Counted from the stretch's first letter, positions 48,368 to 59,186 are shown. The stretch is DNA of 64,000 nt from an uncultured Pelagibacteraceae bacterium (GCA_902587095.1 CACIJY010000002.1:16287-80286), one strand, 5' to 3'. Numbers and translations are program-made. Notes: generated by a model from the letters alone, not told the origin.

Positions 48368-49483
48368 AACTACAGCAGCAGCTTCAGCAGAGGAAGATGT
48401 TTTAGATTTGATTTCATCTAATGTATTACTAACATCATGAATTTGTTTTTTCATAAGTTCTGGATTTTTTAAAAAATAAACGACAGATCTAAAGATTTCT
48501 TTTGAATTACACTCATTTTGAATTAATTCAGGTATTATTTCTTTTTGATTAACAATATTAATTATATTAGCAAATTTTACTTTGACTAAAAATTTTACAA
48601 TAAAAAAATTTATTAAATTCATTTTATAGATAATAATTGATGGTACCTTTAAATTACAAATCTCTAAAGAAACAGTACCAGATTTTGCGACTGCAAATAC
48701 AGATTTTGATAATATTTGAGATTTAATACCTTCGTCCGATATAACATCAACATTAATTAAAATTTTTTTTTTTATTTCATCTTTTATTAAATCTTTATTT
48801 TGATCGGTTGCATGAAAAATAAAATAATATTGATTAAATTTTTCATTCATTAGTTTGATAAAATTTAATAGTATTGGTAATAATATATTTGTTTCAGAAG
48901 TTCGGCTTCCTGCAAATAAGGATATTATTTTTTTATCATTTTTTATTAAATTAGATAAATCAGTCTTAATATTTTCTTTATTTTCGAGCAATGGATGGCC
49001 CACAAAAGTGTTTTTGATGTTTTCTTTGTCAAAGTATTTTTTTTCAAAATTGAATAGTAAAAGAATATGGTCTAAAAATTTTTTAAATTTTTTAACCCTT
49101 CCCTCTCTCCAAACCCATACTTGAGGAGCAACATAGTGAATAGTTTTTATCTTAGGATTATTTTTTTTAACTTTTTCAGCAACTCTTAAAGTAAAATCTG
49201 GACTATCCACACTTAGTAATATGTCAGGATTAAATTCAATTATTTTTTTAACCGTTGTATTAATCTTTTTTCTGATTTTTAATATATTTAAAATAACACT
49301 AGTAAAACCAATATAAGTTATTTCTTTAAGATCATATATAGATTTGACACCTTGTGAATTTAAATGAAAACCACCAACACTTAAATATTCTATATCGGAA
49401 TGATTTAGCTTAAGTTTAGCAACTACTGTTGATGCTAATTTATCTCCCGAGGGTTCGCCAGTTAAGATAAAAATTTTTTTCAT
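48347..49483 (-). CDS. lpxB: Lipid-A-disaccharide synthase
   Basis: GEPSGD, DSPDF, YVAPQVWVWR, FVGHPL, GSR, SGTVSLE. Confidence 0.95.
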   Translation of the reverse strand: MKKIFILTGEPSGDKLASTVVAKLKLNHSDIEYLSVGGFHLNSQGVKSIYDLKEITYIGFTSVILNILKIRKKINTTVKKIIEFNPDILLSVDSPDFTLRVAEKVKKNNPKIKTIHYVAPQVWVWREGRVKKFKKFLDHILLLFNFEKKYFDKENIKNTFVGHPLLENKENIKTDLSNLIKNDKKIISLFAGSRTSETNILLPILLNFIKLMNEKFNQYYFIFHATDQNKDLIKDEIKKKILINVDVISDEGIKSQILSKSVFAVAKSGTVSLEICNLKVPSIIIYKMNLINFFIVKFLVKVKFANIINIVNQKEIIPELIQNECNSKEIFRSVVYFLKNPELMKKQIHDVSNTLDEIKSKTSSSAEAAAVVSSYLGV

Positions 49484-50274
49484 TTTACGGAGATAAACAT
49501 CCTATTTTTATTGGCAAAGCTAATACATTTGTTTTTATCTAAAAAAATGTGTTGCTTGTTTTTTACAACAATTCCTTTTAACCCAGCAGCTTTGCTTTGT
49601 TTCATTGTTTTTAAACCAACTGTAGGTAGATCAATTCTAAGGTCTTGTTTTTTCTTTGGAAATTTAACCATAACTCCATGATTTTTGAATTTTTTGTTTC
49701 TGCTTTTTTCTAACATTTTTTTAGTGCCACCTTTGCTCTCTATTGAAACAACTTTATTGTTTCTAACTACAACACCTTGACTAAAATTATATTGTTTTAA
49801 ACTATCTAATGTTTTAATTGCTTTTTTGATGTCCAATTTATCTTGTTTACCTGGTTTAATTTTTGAATAATTACCTCTTTTAAGTGTTAACTCTGGATTA
49901 AATTTAAGTGAATTTTCAGTTTTAATTTTATTTTGTACTAATATTTTTATAATTTCTTTAAGAACCGCAGCATCACCAATTTTGGATGCTTTTATTATTC
50001 TTGGAATATAATAAACACCTTTGAGATCTAACCTTAATTTAGAAAGATTTGGTTTATTGACTTTTCCAGCAAATAACACATTTTTGCAATTATTTTTCTT
50101 CAGAATATTAATAATTTTACCAAATTGACCTATGGAAACTGAATAAGATTTTCTATCTTGTTTAAATTTCTTTGATTTTGACAGATCAATTATCAAATAT
50201 TTTATTTTTCTTTTTTTAACAGTTTTAAGAATTTCCTTTGGAAAATCAGTATCACCAAAAATTAATCCTATCAT
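49480..50274 (-). CDS. lpxI: UDP-2,3-diacylglucosamine diphosphatase LpxI (DUF1009)
   Basis: MIGLIFG, SIGQFG, AGKV, GD, QGVVV, KQDLRIDLPTVG; between lpxA and lpxB. Start trimmed to 50274. Confidence 0.88.
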   Translation of the reverse strand: MIGLIFGDTDFPKEILKTVKKRKIKYLIIDLSKSKKFKQDRKSYSVSIGQFGKIINILKKNNCKNVLFAGKVNKPNLSKLRLDLKGVYYIPRIIKASKIGDAAVLKEIIKILVQNKIKTENSLKFNPELTLKRGNYSKIKPGKQDKLDIKKAIKTLDSLKQYNFSQGVVVRNNKVVSIESKGGTKKMLEKSRNKKFKNHGVMVKFPKKKQDLRIDLPTVGLKTMKQSKAAGLKGIVVKNKQHIFLDKNKCISFANKNRMFISVK

Positions 50275-50275
50275 T

Positions 50276-51055
50276 TTATGAAAAAGGTGTACAAATAGAT
50301 CTTTTTTTGTCTTTAGTAATAAATTCAATCACATCTTTTACCAAAGGATTTTCTTTAAAGACGCCATTTAGTTTATCGATATTTTCATTAATGTTTTTTG
50401 ATGCAAATATTTTTTTATAAGCCTCCGACAGTTCGATTATTGTTTTATTTTCAAATTTTGCTCTTCTTAAACCAATTAAGTTTAGACCTTGTAAAATATT
50501 CCTATTTCCAGTCGAAAGTCCATAAGGAATAACATCATTTAGAACTCCTGTCATACCTCCTATCATTGCCATTTTACCAATTCTTGTGAATTGTTGGACT
50601 GCGGAATTTCCTCCTATAACGACATTGTCATCAATGATAACATGTCCTCCTAATGGTACATTGTTTGCTATGATAACATTATTACCTACCATACAGTCGT
50701 GAGCAACATGAGAAGAGATCATAAAAAGACAATTATCTCCAATTTTTGTTGAACCTCCTCCACCAACTGTACCTGGATTTACGGTTACATATTCTCTAAA
50801 TTTATTATTATTTCCAATAATTAACTTGGTATCTTCACCATTATATTTTAAATCTTGTGGATCATTACCTATAGATGCAAAAGGATAGAATTTATTTCCA
50901 CTACCAATTTTAGTATTTCCAGCAATGTTTACATGAGAGTAAATAACAACATTCACACCTATCTCAACGTTTGGACCAATGACACTGTAAGGACCAATTT
51001 TCACGCTTGAATGAACTTTAGCATTTTTATTAACTATTGCAGTTTTATGTATCAT
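50276..51055 (-). CDS. lpxA: UDP-N-acetylglucosamine acyltransferase
   Basis: Hexapeptide repeats, PQDLKY, REYVTV, HVAHDC, GLNLIGLRR. Confidence 0.95.
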   Translation of the reverse strand: MIHKTAIVNKNAKVHSSVKIGPYSVIGPNVEIGVNVVIYSHVNIAGNTKIGSGNKFYPFASIGNDPQDLKYNGEDTKLIIGNNNKFREYVTVNPGTVGGGGSTKIGDNCLFMISSHVAHDCMVGNNVIIANNVPLGGHVIIDDNVVIGGNSAVQQFTRIGKMAMIGGMTGVLNDVIPYGLSTGNRNILQGLNLIGLRRAKFENKTIIELSEAYKKIFASKNINENIDKLNGVFKENPLVKDVIEFITKDKKRSICTPFS

Positions 51056-52029
51056 TTATTTTCTCTTAAAAAATTTTTTAAGTTTTTTGCTGGATACCCC
51101 ATTACTTTAGTATTGTCAGGAATATCTTTTATTACTCCGCTACCCCCACCAATTTGAACATTGTTACCTATTTTAAGATGACCTGAAATTCCAGCTTGAC
51201 CACCTATCATAACATTATTCCCTATAACTGAACTCCCGGCAAATCCTACTTGACCAGCTATTATACAATTTTCACCTATTTTTACATTGTGAGCTATATG
51301 GATTTGGTTGTCTAAAAAAGTATTTTTTCCAATCACGGTATTCGACAGTGATCCACGGTCAATTGTTGAGCTACAACCTATTTCAACGTTATCCTCTATA
51401 ATAACTACACCAATTTGTGGGTATCTAAAATTAACTTTTTTGTCAGGAAAAAAACCAAAACCTTTTTTTCCTATTATGCACCCATCTAAGATATGAACAT
51501 TATTTTTAATTAATGAGTTTCTAATTATAACATTTGAACCGATTGTACAGTTATCACCAATTGATACATTAGTTTCAATAATAGAGTTATGTCCAATCAA
51601 ACAATTAGATCCGATTTTAACATTTTTACCTATTAAGACATTTGTTCCAAATTTTACTTTATCTTTAAATTGTGTACTTTCAATTTTTTCAGCATTATCA
51701 TCGAAATCATCTGTAACAGAATTCGGGTAAAATTTTTTAGTTATTTTAGCAACATCCAATAAAATTTTATCTGAAATTATTATTTTACAAGTAGTTGGTA
51801 ATAATGATTTTAAATTTTCACTGGTTACACAAAATGATGCATTTGTAGATTTAGCAAGTTCACCATACTTTTTTGAATGTAAAAAAGTTATGTCACCTTT
51901 TTTTGATGAGCCTAAATCTTTTATATCATTTATCTTTTCGTTTGAAATAGGCTGGTTTTTTACAGATGTTAATTTTAATAAATCATTAATTTCATAAGGT
52001 CCAGTGTTTTTAAAAAAAGGATTTGTCAT
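51052..52029 (-). CDS. lpxD: UDP-3-O-acylglucosamine N-acyltransferase
   Basis: GFGF, PQIG, TIDRG, DNQIHIAHNV, GQAG. Start trimmed to MTNPFF. Confidence 0.94.
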   Translation of the reverse strand: MTNPFFKNTGPYEINDLLKLTSVKNQPISNEKINDIKDLGSSKKGDITFLHSKKYGELAKSTNASFCVTSENLKSLLPTTCKIIISDKILLDVAKITKKFYPNSVTDDFDDNAEKIESTQFKDKVKFGTNVLIGKNVKIGSNCLIGHNSIIETNVSIGDNCTIGSNVIIRNSLIKNNVHILDGCIIGKKGFGFFPDKKVNFRYPQIGVVIIEDNVEIGCSSTIDRGSLSNTVIGKNTFLDNQIHIAHNVKIGENCIIAGQVGFAGSSVIGNNVMIGGQAGISGHLKIGNNVQIGGGSGVIKDIPDNTKVMGYPAKNLKNFLRENK

Positions 52030-52083
52030 CAATAAGTTTAATATCAAAACTTACTTTAAATGCTTATCAAGATTTATTGCTAA

Positions 52084-52530
52084 TTATTTCCTATCAACAA
52101 TTGTTGCAGACCATACAGCATCAGCCATTTTTTTATTGTTAACTGAAGCCTCACCTTTATATTTCCAAACACGTCCATGTGATCTCACGGCTTCAATATA
52201 AAGTTCAAGTTTACAATCAGGCAATACAGGATTTCTAAATCTTGCTTTTTCAACATTCATTAAATAAACAAGTTTATTTTCATATGTTTCTTTATCTAAT
52301 CCATGCGCTGTCAAAGCAGCCGCAGCTTGACCAAATGCTTCAACAATTAAAACGCCTGGCATTACAGGTTGACCTGGAAAATGACCTTGAACAAAAAAAC
52401 TATCTTTTTTAACATTGACTATTGCTGTAGCTGAAAAAAGTTTTTTTATATTTATTAACTCATCAATTAATAACATAGGTTCTCTATGCGGCAATAAATT
52501 TTCTATATCTTTTTTTGTTAAATTGTTCAT
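52084..52530 (-). CDS. fabZ: 3-hydroxyacyl-ACP dehydratase
   Basis: LLPHREPML, GHFPGQPVMPGVLIVEA, ARFRNPV. Confidence 0.96.
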   Translation of the reverse strand: MNNLTKKDIENLLPHREPMLLIDELINIKKLFSATAIVNVKKDSFFVQGHFPGQPVMPGVLIVEAFGQAAAALTAHGLDKETYENKLVYLMNVEKARFRNPVLPDCKLELYIEAVRSHGRVWKYKGEASVNNKKMADAVWSATIVDRK

Positions 52531-52533
52531 TGA

Positions 52534-53055
52534 TTAATTTATTTTAATATTCTTTATTTCCTTATTTGTTATTTCAAGTATTTCATCAGTAATTTCAATT
52601 TCTTTTTTACCCATTATAATATTTTTTTTTTGTAATATTAAACTTACAGAATTTTTTTTTGCATATTCCTGCAAAATTGGGGATAATTGTGAAATCAATT
52701 TATTAGTAGCACCAATCCTTAATTTGTTAATATTGTCTCTTGCTTTAACTTGTTCTTTTTGAAAATTTATTATTTCTTTCCTTAGACTAGTAAGCTCTTT
52801 TTGAAACTCTTCTTGGCTTAAGATATTTTTTTGGGCAATAAGTTTTTTTTCTTTATTTTTAAGAATCTCGTCATTTTTTTTAAATTTTTCCAAATTTTTG
52901 TTATATAAATTTTCAAGTTGTTTTATAATAGATTTGCCTGCAATAGATTGTTGCATTATCTTATCAACATTTAGATATACGATTTTTTGTTCCTCTGCGT
53001 AAGATAGTGCAGAAATCAATGTAATAGATAAGATAAATAAAATCTTTTTTAACAT
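52534..53055 (-). CDS. skp: Skp/OmpH periplasmic chaperone
   Basis: Signal peptide, KIVYLNVDKIM…GK, coiled coil, EITDEIL; after bamA. Confidence 0.85.
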   Translation of the reverse strand: MLKKILFILSITLISALSYAEEQKIVYLNVDKIMQQSIAGKSIIKQLENLYNKNLEKFKKNDEILKNKEKKLIAQKNILSQEEFQKELTSLRKEIINFQKEQVKARDNINKLRIGATNKLISQLSPILQEYAKKNSVSLILQKKNIIMGKKEIEITDEILEITNKEIKNIKIN

Positions 53056-55289
53056 TAAAAAGTTGTACCAATATTAAATTGAAAACCTTCAAATTCATCT
53101 GTAGTTCTTTTTTGTACTGCATGTGAAAATGTCAAAGACAATGGCCCAACTGGTGTCCACCATTCAATCCCTGCTCCAGTTGAAACTCTAAGATAGTTTG
53201 AGTCATCAAAATTAGAAGATCTATAATCAGCACCCCAAACATTTCCAAAATCTAAAAAATAATTAAATTCAAAATTTTGCAATGATGGAGCAATCATTGG
53301 TAAATTGGTTGTAATACTTAAAGCGGCAGCATAATTGCCTCCCACGTGATCATCTCCTTGATCAACAGGACCTATTCTTCCAGATTTAAAGCCTCGCAAT
53401 CTATTTCTTGGTAAACCCAGTCTTTCTGAAATTCTTACATCATCAGATAATCCAACAGCGTTTTTTAAATAAAGTCCCATACTTGTGGTAAGTTCTTCGA
53501 AGCTTAGATATTGGTCATAAATAAAACCAGTAGTTATTGTATTACTATCTGAAATAACTGGTAATGTTTGAGTAAATTTAGACCTAAATCCATCTGTAGT
53601 TTGAAATTTCTGATTTCTAAGATCATAATCAAAAGCATAACCGATTGTTGAGGTAAAATAGCTACCTTCTTGTTTTTTTATTGAATTGCTGGCCAATGAG
53701 TTAGTCTCTAATTTTTCTGCAACAGTTTTAAAGGATGGGTTAAAAAACAAATTATCGTATTGTTCAAACCCTGTTCCAAAACTAAAACCAATTTCACTAG
53801 AATCATATCCACTTTCTTCCATCTTGTCAGTATTTATTGCAAAGACACTAGTTGCTAGAGATTTTTCAGTATAATTAAAATTTGGATTGTTTACTGTAAA
53901 TTCTCCTTTAATTTTTTCCTCACTTAAATTTAGAGAAGTTACTAACCCAATTCCTCTACCCATAAAATTTTTCTCAGATACTGAAAAGCCAACTGTTCCA
54001 CCGTCATTTCCAACTCCAGCTGATGCTAATATTTCTCCAGTTGGTTTTTCCTGTACAGTTATATTTATATTTTTTTGTTGAGAATTTTCTATAGACACAA
54101 CCTCGTCTTTTATATCTTCAAATATTCTTAAAGCTTTTAAATTATTAATAGATTTCGCGTGCAACAACTTATTAAATGGATCACCTTCGTCTACTTCAAG
54201 TTGATTTCTAATAACTTTTTCCTCTGTAATATTGTTTCCAAAAATATTTACTTTATTCACAAAGAATTTATCGCTCTCTATTACAGCAAATTTTAAATTT
54301 AAATTATTTTCTCCAACTTCATCAATTTCAATAGTGGCATCTATAAAATCGTATAGCCTTGCTACTGATATTTTATCAATTTCTTTTATGACCTTATTAA
54401 TTTTATTAAATGAATATTTTGCATTTTTTAGTTTTTCTATTGACTTTTGAACATCTTTAAAATCTTTAGGATTATAGTCAATTGGTATGTCTAATTTGAC
54501 TTCTTTTATAAAATATTTATTACCAGCATTAATGTTGTAGATTAGTTCAAAAAAATTATCATTAAAAACTGCAGAGGAGCTTTCTATCTCTACATTATAG
54601 AAGCCTTTATTTAGATAAAAATTCTTTAATAATCTTTTATCTAATTCAATTCTATCAATATCTAGATATTTTTTTTTACTAATAAATTTCCAAAACTTAT
54701 TTTCCTCACTTACAATTGCATTTCTAAGTTTTCTGTCTTTATAATATTTATCACCTGTAAATTTTATATTTTTTATCAAAGCCTTTTCACCGGTTTCGAT
54801 TGTATAAATTATGTCTAATGTATCATTGTTATTTTCGATTATTTTAGCATCTACTGTGGCAAAATAATAACCAGACCTATTTAAAGCATTCTTAATTTTA
54901 TTAATATCTTGTTCAGCTGTAAATTTGTCAAATGGGCTTTTGTCTTTTAGTTTGAGTTGTTTCAAGATTTTTGTTGTATTTTCTTTTGACTTAATGCCCT
55001 CAATTAAAATTGATTGTATAATTTTTTTTTCTTTGACATCAACTATTAATATTCCATTTTCAACTTTTAGCTTAATATCAGAAAAAAAGTTAGTGTTGTA
55101 TAGTTCAATTAATATATTATTTATATCACCTTCATTATAGTCAGATCCCAATTCAATATTACCAAATGCAATGATGCTTTCTTTACTTACTCTTTTATTA
55201 TTTTCAACTTTAACATCTTTTATAATCTCAGCATTAACTGAGCCATATAAGAAAAAAATAATTAGCAAAATTATTTTAATATTTTTCAT
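53055..55289 (-). CDS. bamA: Outer membrane protein assembly factor BamA
   Basis: POTRA repeats, EKPTG, EKNFMGRG, LRGF, WWTPVGPL, C-terminal FQFNIGTTF. Confidence 0.95.
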   Translation of the reverse strand: MKNIKIILLIIFFLYGSVNAEIIKDVKVENNKRVSKESIIAFGNIELGSDYNEGDINNILIELYNTNFFSDIKLKVENGILIVDVKEKKIIQSILIEGIKSKENTTKILKQLKLKDKSPFDKFTAEQDINKIKNALNRSGYYFATVDAKIIENNNDTLDIIYTIETGEKALIKNIKFTGDKYYKDRKLRNAIVSEENKFWKFISKKKYLDIDRIELDKRLLKNFYLNKGFYNVEIESSSAVFNDNFFELIYNINAGNKYFIKEVKLDIPIDYNPKDFKDVQKSIEKLKNAKYSFNKINKVIKEIDKISVARLYDFIDATIEIDEVGENNLNLKFAVIESDKFFVNKVNIFGNNITEEKVIRNQLEVDEGDPFNKLLHAKSINNLKALRIFEDIKDEVVSIENSQQKNINITVQEKPTGEILASAGVGNDGGTVGFSVSEKNFMGRGIGLVTSLNLSEEKIKGEFTVNNPNFNYTEKSLATSVFAINTDKMEESGYDSSEIGFSFGTGFEQYDNLFFNPSFKTVAEKLETNSLASNSIKKQEGSYFTSTIGYAFDYDLRNQKFQTTDGFRSKFTQTLPVISDSNTITTGFIYDQYLSFEELTTSMGLYLKNAVGLSDDVRISERLGLPRNRLRGFKSGRIGPVDQGDDHVGGNYAAALSITTNLPMIAPSLQNFEFNYFLDFGNVWGADYRSSNFDDSNYLRVSTGAGIEWWTPVGPLSLTFSHAVQKRTTDEFEGFQFNIGTTF

Positions 55290-56455
55290 TTGATGTCGGA
55301 TATTACACTTAAAGATTTTGTTTTCAATCTTACAAACTCATTTAATTTTTCAATTTGCGCTAAATTATTTACTTTTTTAAGCCTGTATTTTCTAAATAAT
55401 TTAGAATTTATTATCTGATTCATTTTTGTTGATATTTCATCAAAACTTATTCTATTTTTTAGAAACATTTCTACTAATTCATCATTTATTGAAACTAATA
55501 AAGTTTCAAATAATGTATTTTTGTTTGGGATATATTTTAAAATTTTTATTGTTGGGTATTTTTTTGGATCAACTTTATTGAAATTTAAATTATTTAAAAT
55601 ATTTATATTAATTTTTTTACATCTATAATTTTTATTAAGTTTATAATAAATTGAATTAAATATTGGTATTTTCATATCCGTTTCATGCGCAACAATTTTA
55701 ATTAATCCATTATTAAATCTAATAATAGAATGAATGTAAGATTTAGGATGTATTAATATATTGAATTTTTTAAAATCAAGATTAAAGATTTTTTTTGCTT
55801 CTATTACTTCAAAAACTTTATTCATTAATGTTGCAGAGTCGATTGATATTTTTTTGCCCATTTTCCAATTTGGATGATTAATTGCTAGCTTGGGTGTTTT
55901 TTTAATTTTATTATTTTTTAAATTAAAAAAGGGACCCCCAGAAGCAGTAATTATTATTTCTTTTATTTCTCTTGGGCTATTGTTCTTTATAACAGACCAA
56001 ATAGAAAAGTGCTCAGAGTCTACTGGAATAAATTTAGTTTTATATTTATCTATTTCTTTTTTGATTAAATTCCATCCGCATATTATTGACTCTTTGTTAG
56101 CTATAGCAATAATTTTTGTCTTCTTAATTATTTTAATTGTTGGTTTCAAACCTTCAAAACCAGAAATTGAACTCATAGTATAATCTAGCTTAAATTTTAA
56201 TATTTTATCAATATTTTCTAGACTATTTATAATATTAATTTTTTTGAATTTTTTTTTTAAGATTAAAAAACTTTTTTTGTTTGTAACAATTACATTTTTT
56301 ACATTAAATTCCTTTATTTGCTTTGATAATAAAAAATGGTTTTTATTTGCAGTAAGAAGTATTACTTTAAAATTTTTCTTATCATTTCTAATAATTTCTA
56401 ATGTTTGTTTTCCAATTGAGCCTGTTGAACCAAGTATGGCTATTTTTTTTTTCAT
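55286..56455 (-). CDS. dxr: 1-deoxy-D-xylulose-5-phosphate reductoisomerase
   Basis: LGSTGSIG, ANKES, PVDSEH, TASGGPF, HPNWKMGKKISIDSA. Confidence 0.96.
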   Translation of the reverse strand: MKKKIAILGSTGSIGKQTLEIIRNDKKNFKVILLTANKNHFLLSKQIKEFNVKNVIVTNKKSFLILKKKFKKINIINSLENIDKILKFKLDYTMSSISGFEGLKPTIKIIKKTKIIAIANKESIICGWNLIKKEIDKYKTKFIPVDSEHFSIWSVIKNNSPREIKEIIITASGGPFFNLKNNKIKKTPKLAINHPNWKMGKKISIDSATLMNKVFEVIEAKKIFNLDFKKFNILIHPKSYIHSIIRFNNGLIKIVAHETDMKIPIFNSIYYKLNKNYRCKKININILNNLNFNKVDPKKYPTIKILKYIPNKNTLFETLLVSINDELVEMFLKNRISFDEISTKMNQIINSKLFRKYRLKKVNNLAQIEKLNEFVRLKTKSLSVISDIK

Positions 56456-56464
56456 TTTTTATAT

Positions 56465-57112
56465 CTAGAATTTTATATAATTTAAAATTACATAAGAGAC
56501 AGGTATCGTAAAAATTATACCATCTATCCTGTCTAATAATCCTCCATGACCTGGTAAAATTTTTCCTGTATTTTTTATTTTTGCCTTGCGTTTAAAAAAA
56601 GAAATAATCAAATCTCCAATTTGGTTTATCAAGGATATAACAAAAATAAAAATAAAAACTGGAATGTAATGTTCTACTCTTAATTGAAAATTCATCATGT
56701 AAAAATTATAAAACATAATGCCTCCAATTATTGGTAAAATAAAACCGCCTAATACCCCTGAGTAAGTCTTATTTGGACTAATTTTCGTTAGCTTGGGTCC
56801 TCTTAAAGTTTTGCCAAAAATATATCCTCCCAAATCTGTAAGGACAGAGATTAAAATAATAAAAATAAAAGTATTAGCGCCCTGATTTTCTCTTATAAGG
56901 TAAGCAGAGTAGATTGAAAGTATAATTAATATTGTACCTGCAATATTAAAAACCTTTAAATTTTTTGTTATATTAAACCACTCATAAACTGAAATAAAAG
57001 AAATTAAAGATAAAAAAAATATAAAAAAAATTGACCCTTTAAATATAAAAAATAAAGTTAATGGTATGATCCATAGAGATGTTAATAATCTTTTTTTAAA
57101 TTCACTTATCAT
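56465..57112 (-). CDS. cdsA: Phosphatidate cytidylyltransferase
   Basis: TDLGGYIFG, KISPNKT, GDL…KR…K, LPGHGGLLDRIDG; TGATG coupling to uppS. Confidence 0.94.
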   Translation of the reverse strand: MISEFKKRLLTSLWIIPLTLFFIFKGSIFFIFFLSLISFISVYEWFNITKNLKVFNIAGTILIILSIYSAYLIRENQGANTFIFIILISVLTDLGGYIFGKTLRGPKLTKISPNKTYSGVLGGFILPIIGGIMFYNFYMMNFQLRVEHYIPVFIFIFVISLINQIGDLIISFFKRKAKIKNTGKILPGHGGLLDRIDGIIFTIPVSYVILNYIKF

Positions 57113-57786
57113 CAAATATTTCCAAAGTTTCTTTTTATTTTTTTATAATTATTAATTATTCTATTATAGTCTTTTTTATTAAAATCTGGCCATAACTTCT
57201 TTTCAAAAAAAATTTCTGAATAAGCTATTTGCCATAACAAAAAATTACTTAATCTGTTTGTATTGCCAGTTCTTATAAGAATATCGGGATCTGGAATATT
57301 TGCGGTATATAAGTTTTTATTAATAGTTTTTTCGCTAATTTTTAAACCTTTCTTTTTAATTATGTTAAAAGTGTCAACAATTTCACTTTTGGACCCATAA
57401 TTTAATGCTAAATTAATTTGTAATTTGTTATTTCTAGATGTTAATTTTTCAGATTTATAAATAAGATTATTCAATTTATTTGAAAAATTTTTTTTACCTA
57501 TTACTGATAATTTTATTTTTTGCCTATGAAAATCTTTAATTTTTTTTTTTAAAAAACTTTCCAGTAAAGAAAATAAAAATTTAATTTCGTTTTTTGGCCT
57601 TTTCCAATTTTCAGTTGAAAAAGCAAATAATGTGAGAAATTTAATATTCTTTTTTAGACTTTCAACAATAATTTTTTCTACGGTTTTAAGACCTTGTTTA
57701 TGTCCATAATTCCTAGATTTTCTTTTTTTTATACCCCACCTTCCATTACCATCCATGATAATGGCAACATGTTTTACTGGGTTCAT
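57112..57786 (-). CDS. uppS: Undecaprenyl diphosphate synthase
   Basis: HVAIIMDGNGRW, FSTENWKRP, NYG, DILIRTG, RLSNFLLWQ. Confidence 0.96.
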   Translation of the reverse strand: MNPVKHVAIIMDGNGRWGIKKRKSRNYGHKQGLKTVEKIIVESLKKNIKFLTLFAFSTENWKRPKNEIKFLFSLLESFLKKKIKDFHRQKIKLSVIGKKNFSNKLNNLIYKSEKLTSRNNKLQINLALNYGSKSEIVDTFNIIKKKGLKISEKTINKNLYTANIPDPDILIRTGNTNRLSNFLLWQIAYSEIFFEKKLWPDFNKKDYNRIINNYKKIKRNFGNI

Positions 57787-58334
57787 ATGGTCATTATTTC
57801 TTTTTCTTTAGATGAAATTTTTTCATCAATTAATTTTATATGTTTATCAGTTAAATCTTGTATCTCTTTCTCGCTTTTTTTTTCGTCATCTTCTGAGATT
57901 TCTTTTTTCTTTAATAAATTTTTTAAGTTATCGTTAGCTTCTCTTCTTATATTTCTAATTGAAACTTTACATTTTTCTCCCATTGTTTTTACCAACTTCT
58001 TCATTTCACCTCTTCTCTCTTCGCTTAAATCAGGAATTGGAAGTCTAATTAATTGTCCATCTATTTGAGGATTCAATCCTAATTCTGATTTTTTTATTGA
58101 TGAGTCTATTAAAATAACATTATTCAAATCCCATACCTGGATGTTAATCATTCTTGGTTCAGGTGTAGTTATGGTGCCTAATTGATTGATTGGCATTTTC
58201 TGTCCGTATACATCAACTTTTACTAAATCCAGCATATTGGCATTAGCTCTTCCTGTTCTTAAAGAACTAAGTTCTTTATCAAATACGTCAATTGTTTTAT
58301 TCATTTTTTGATTATATGTTTGGGTATCAAACAT
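57783..58334 (-). CDS. frr: Ribosome recycling factor
   Basis: LRTGRAN, LGLNP, PDLSEERR, IRNIRR. Confidence 0.96.
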   Translation of the reverse strand: MFDTQTYNQKMNKTIDVFDKELSSLRTGRANANMLDLVKVDVYGQKMPINQLGTITTPEPRMINIQVWDLNNVILIDSSIKKSELGLNPQIDGQLIRLPIPDLSEERRGEMKKLVKTMGEKCKVSIRNIRREANDNLKNLLKKKEISEDDEKKSEKEIQDLTDKHIKLIDEKISSKEKEIMTI

Positions 58335-59186
58335 TTATTCTCCAATTTTAATTCTTGAAAAATCTTTAATAATTAATTTTTCTAATTTTAAATCTTTAAT
58401 TACATCTTTAACCTTTTTTTTAGGCTCCATAACCCATTGTTGATTTAATAATGAATTATCCTCTTTAAATTTATTAATTTTACCTAGGCTTATTTTTTCT
58501 ATAATTTCTAAGGGTTTCCCTGAATTTTTTAATTCTTCTCTTACTAATTCTTGTTCCTTCCTTATATCTTCTGGGTTTATACCATCTATATCAATTGCTA
58601 ACGGATTTGATGCTGCAATATGCATGCTAAGCTGTTTACCAAAAATATTAATTTGCTCTGAATTATCACTTGTATCGATTGAAACTATGACGCCTAACTT
58701 AGACAAATTTTCTTTTATTACTGTATGATGATATTTAAAAACTTTAGAATTTGAGTTATTTAAAGTCTTTGATCTCCCAATAGTAATTTTTTCGCCTATT
58801 TTTGAAATTAATGCTAGTAAGTTTTCATCAACTGTTTTTCCATTTTTCATATTAAATAATAATAATTTTTTCTTATCAGATGAAACTGAATTATTTATTT
58901 CACTCAATTCTTTAGCAAAATTTATAAAATCTTCATTTTTAGCTACAAAATCAGTTTCACAATTTAATTCTATAATTGAAGTTTTTTCATTATTTTCAGT
59001 AATTATCACAACGCCCTCATTTGCTACTCTTGACATTTTTTTTGAAGCTTTCGAAATTCCTTTTATTCTTAAAATTTCAATCGCTTTATCTATATTTCCG
59101 CTTGATTCATCTAATGCTGAACTGCAATCTTTAAAACCAGCACCACTTAAAGATCTTAGTTTTTTGATTTTTTCAATGTCAGCCAT
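58335..59186 (-). CDS. tsf: Elongation factor Ts
   Basis: KLR…GAG…[23 protein letters not shown]. Confidence 0.97.
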   Translation of the reverse strand: MADIEKIKKLRSLSGAGFKDCSSALDESSGNIDKAIEILRIKGISKASKKMSRVANEGVVIITENNEKTSIIELNCETDFVAKNEDFINFAKELSEINNSVSSDKKKLLLFNMKNGKTVDENLLALISKIGEKITIGRSKTLNNSNSKVFKYHHTVIKENLSKLGVIVSIDTSDNSEQINIFGKQLSMHIAASNPLAIDIDGINPEDIRKEQELVREELKNSGKPLEIIEKISLGKINKFKEDNSLLNQQWVMEPKKKVKDVIKDLKLEKLIIKDFSRIKIGE

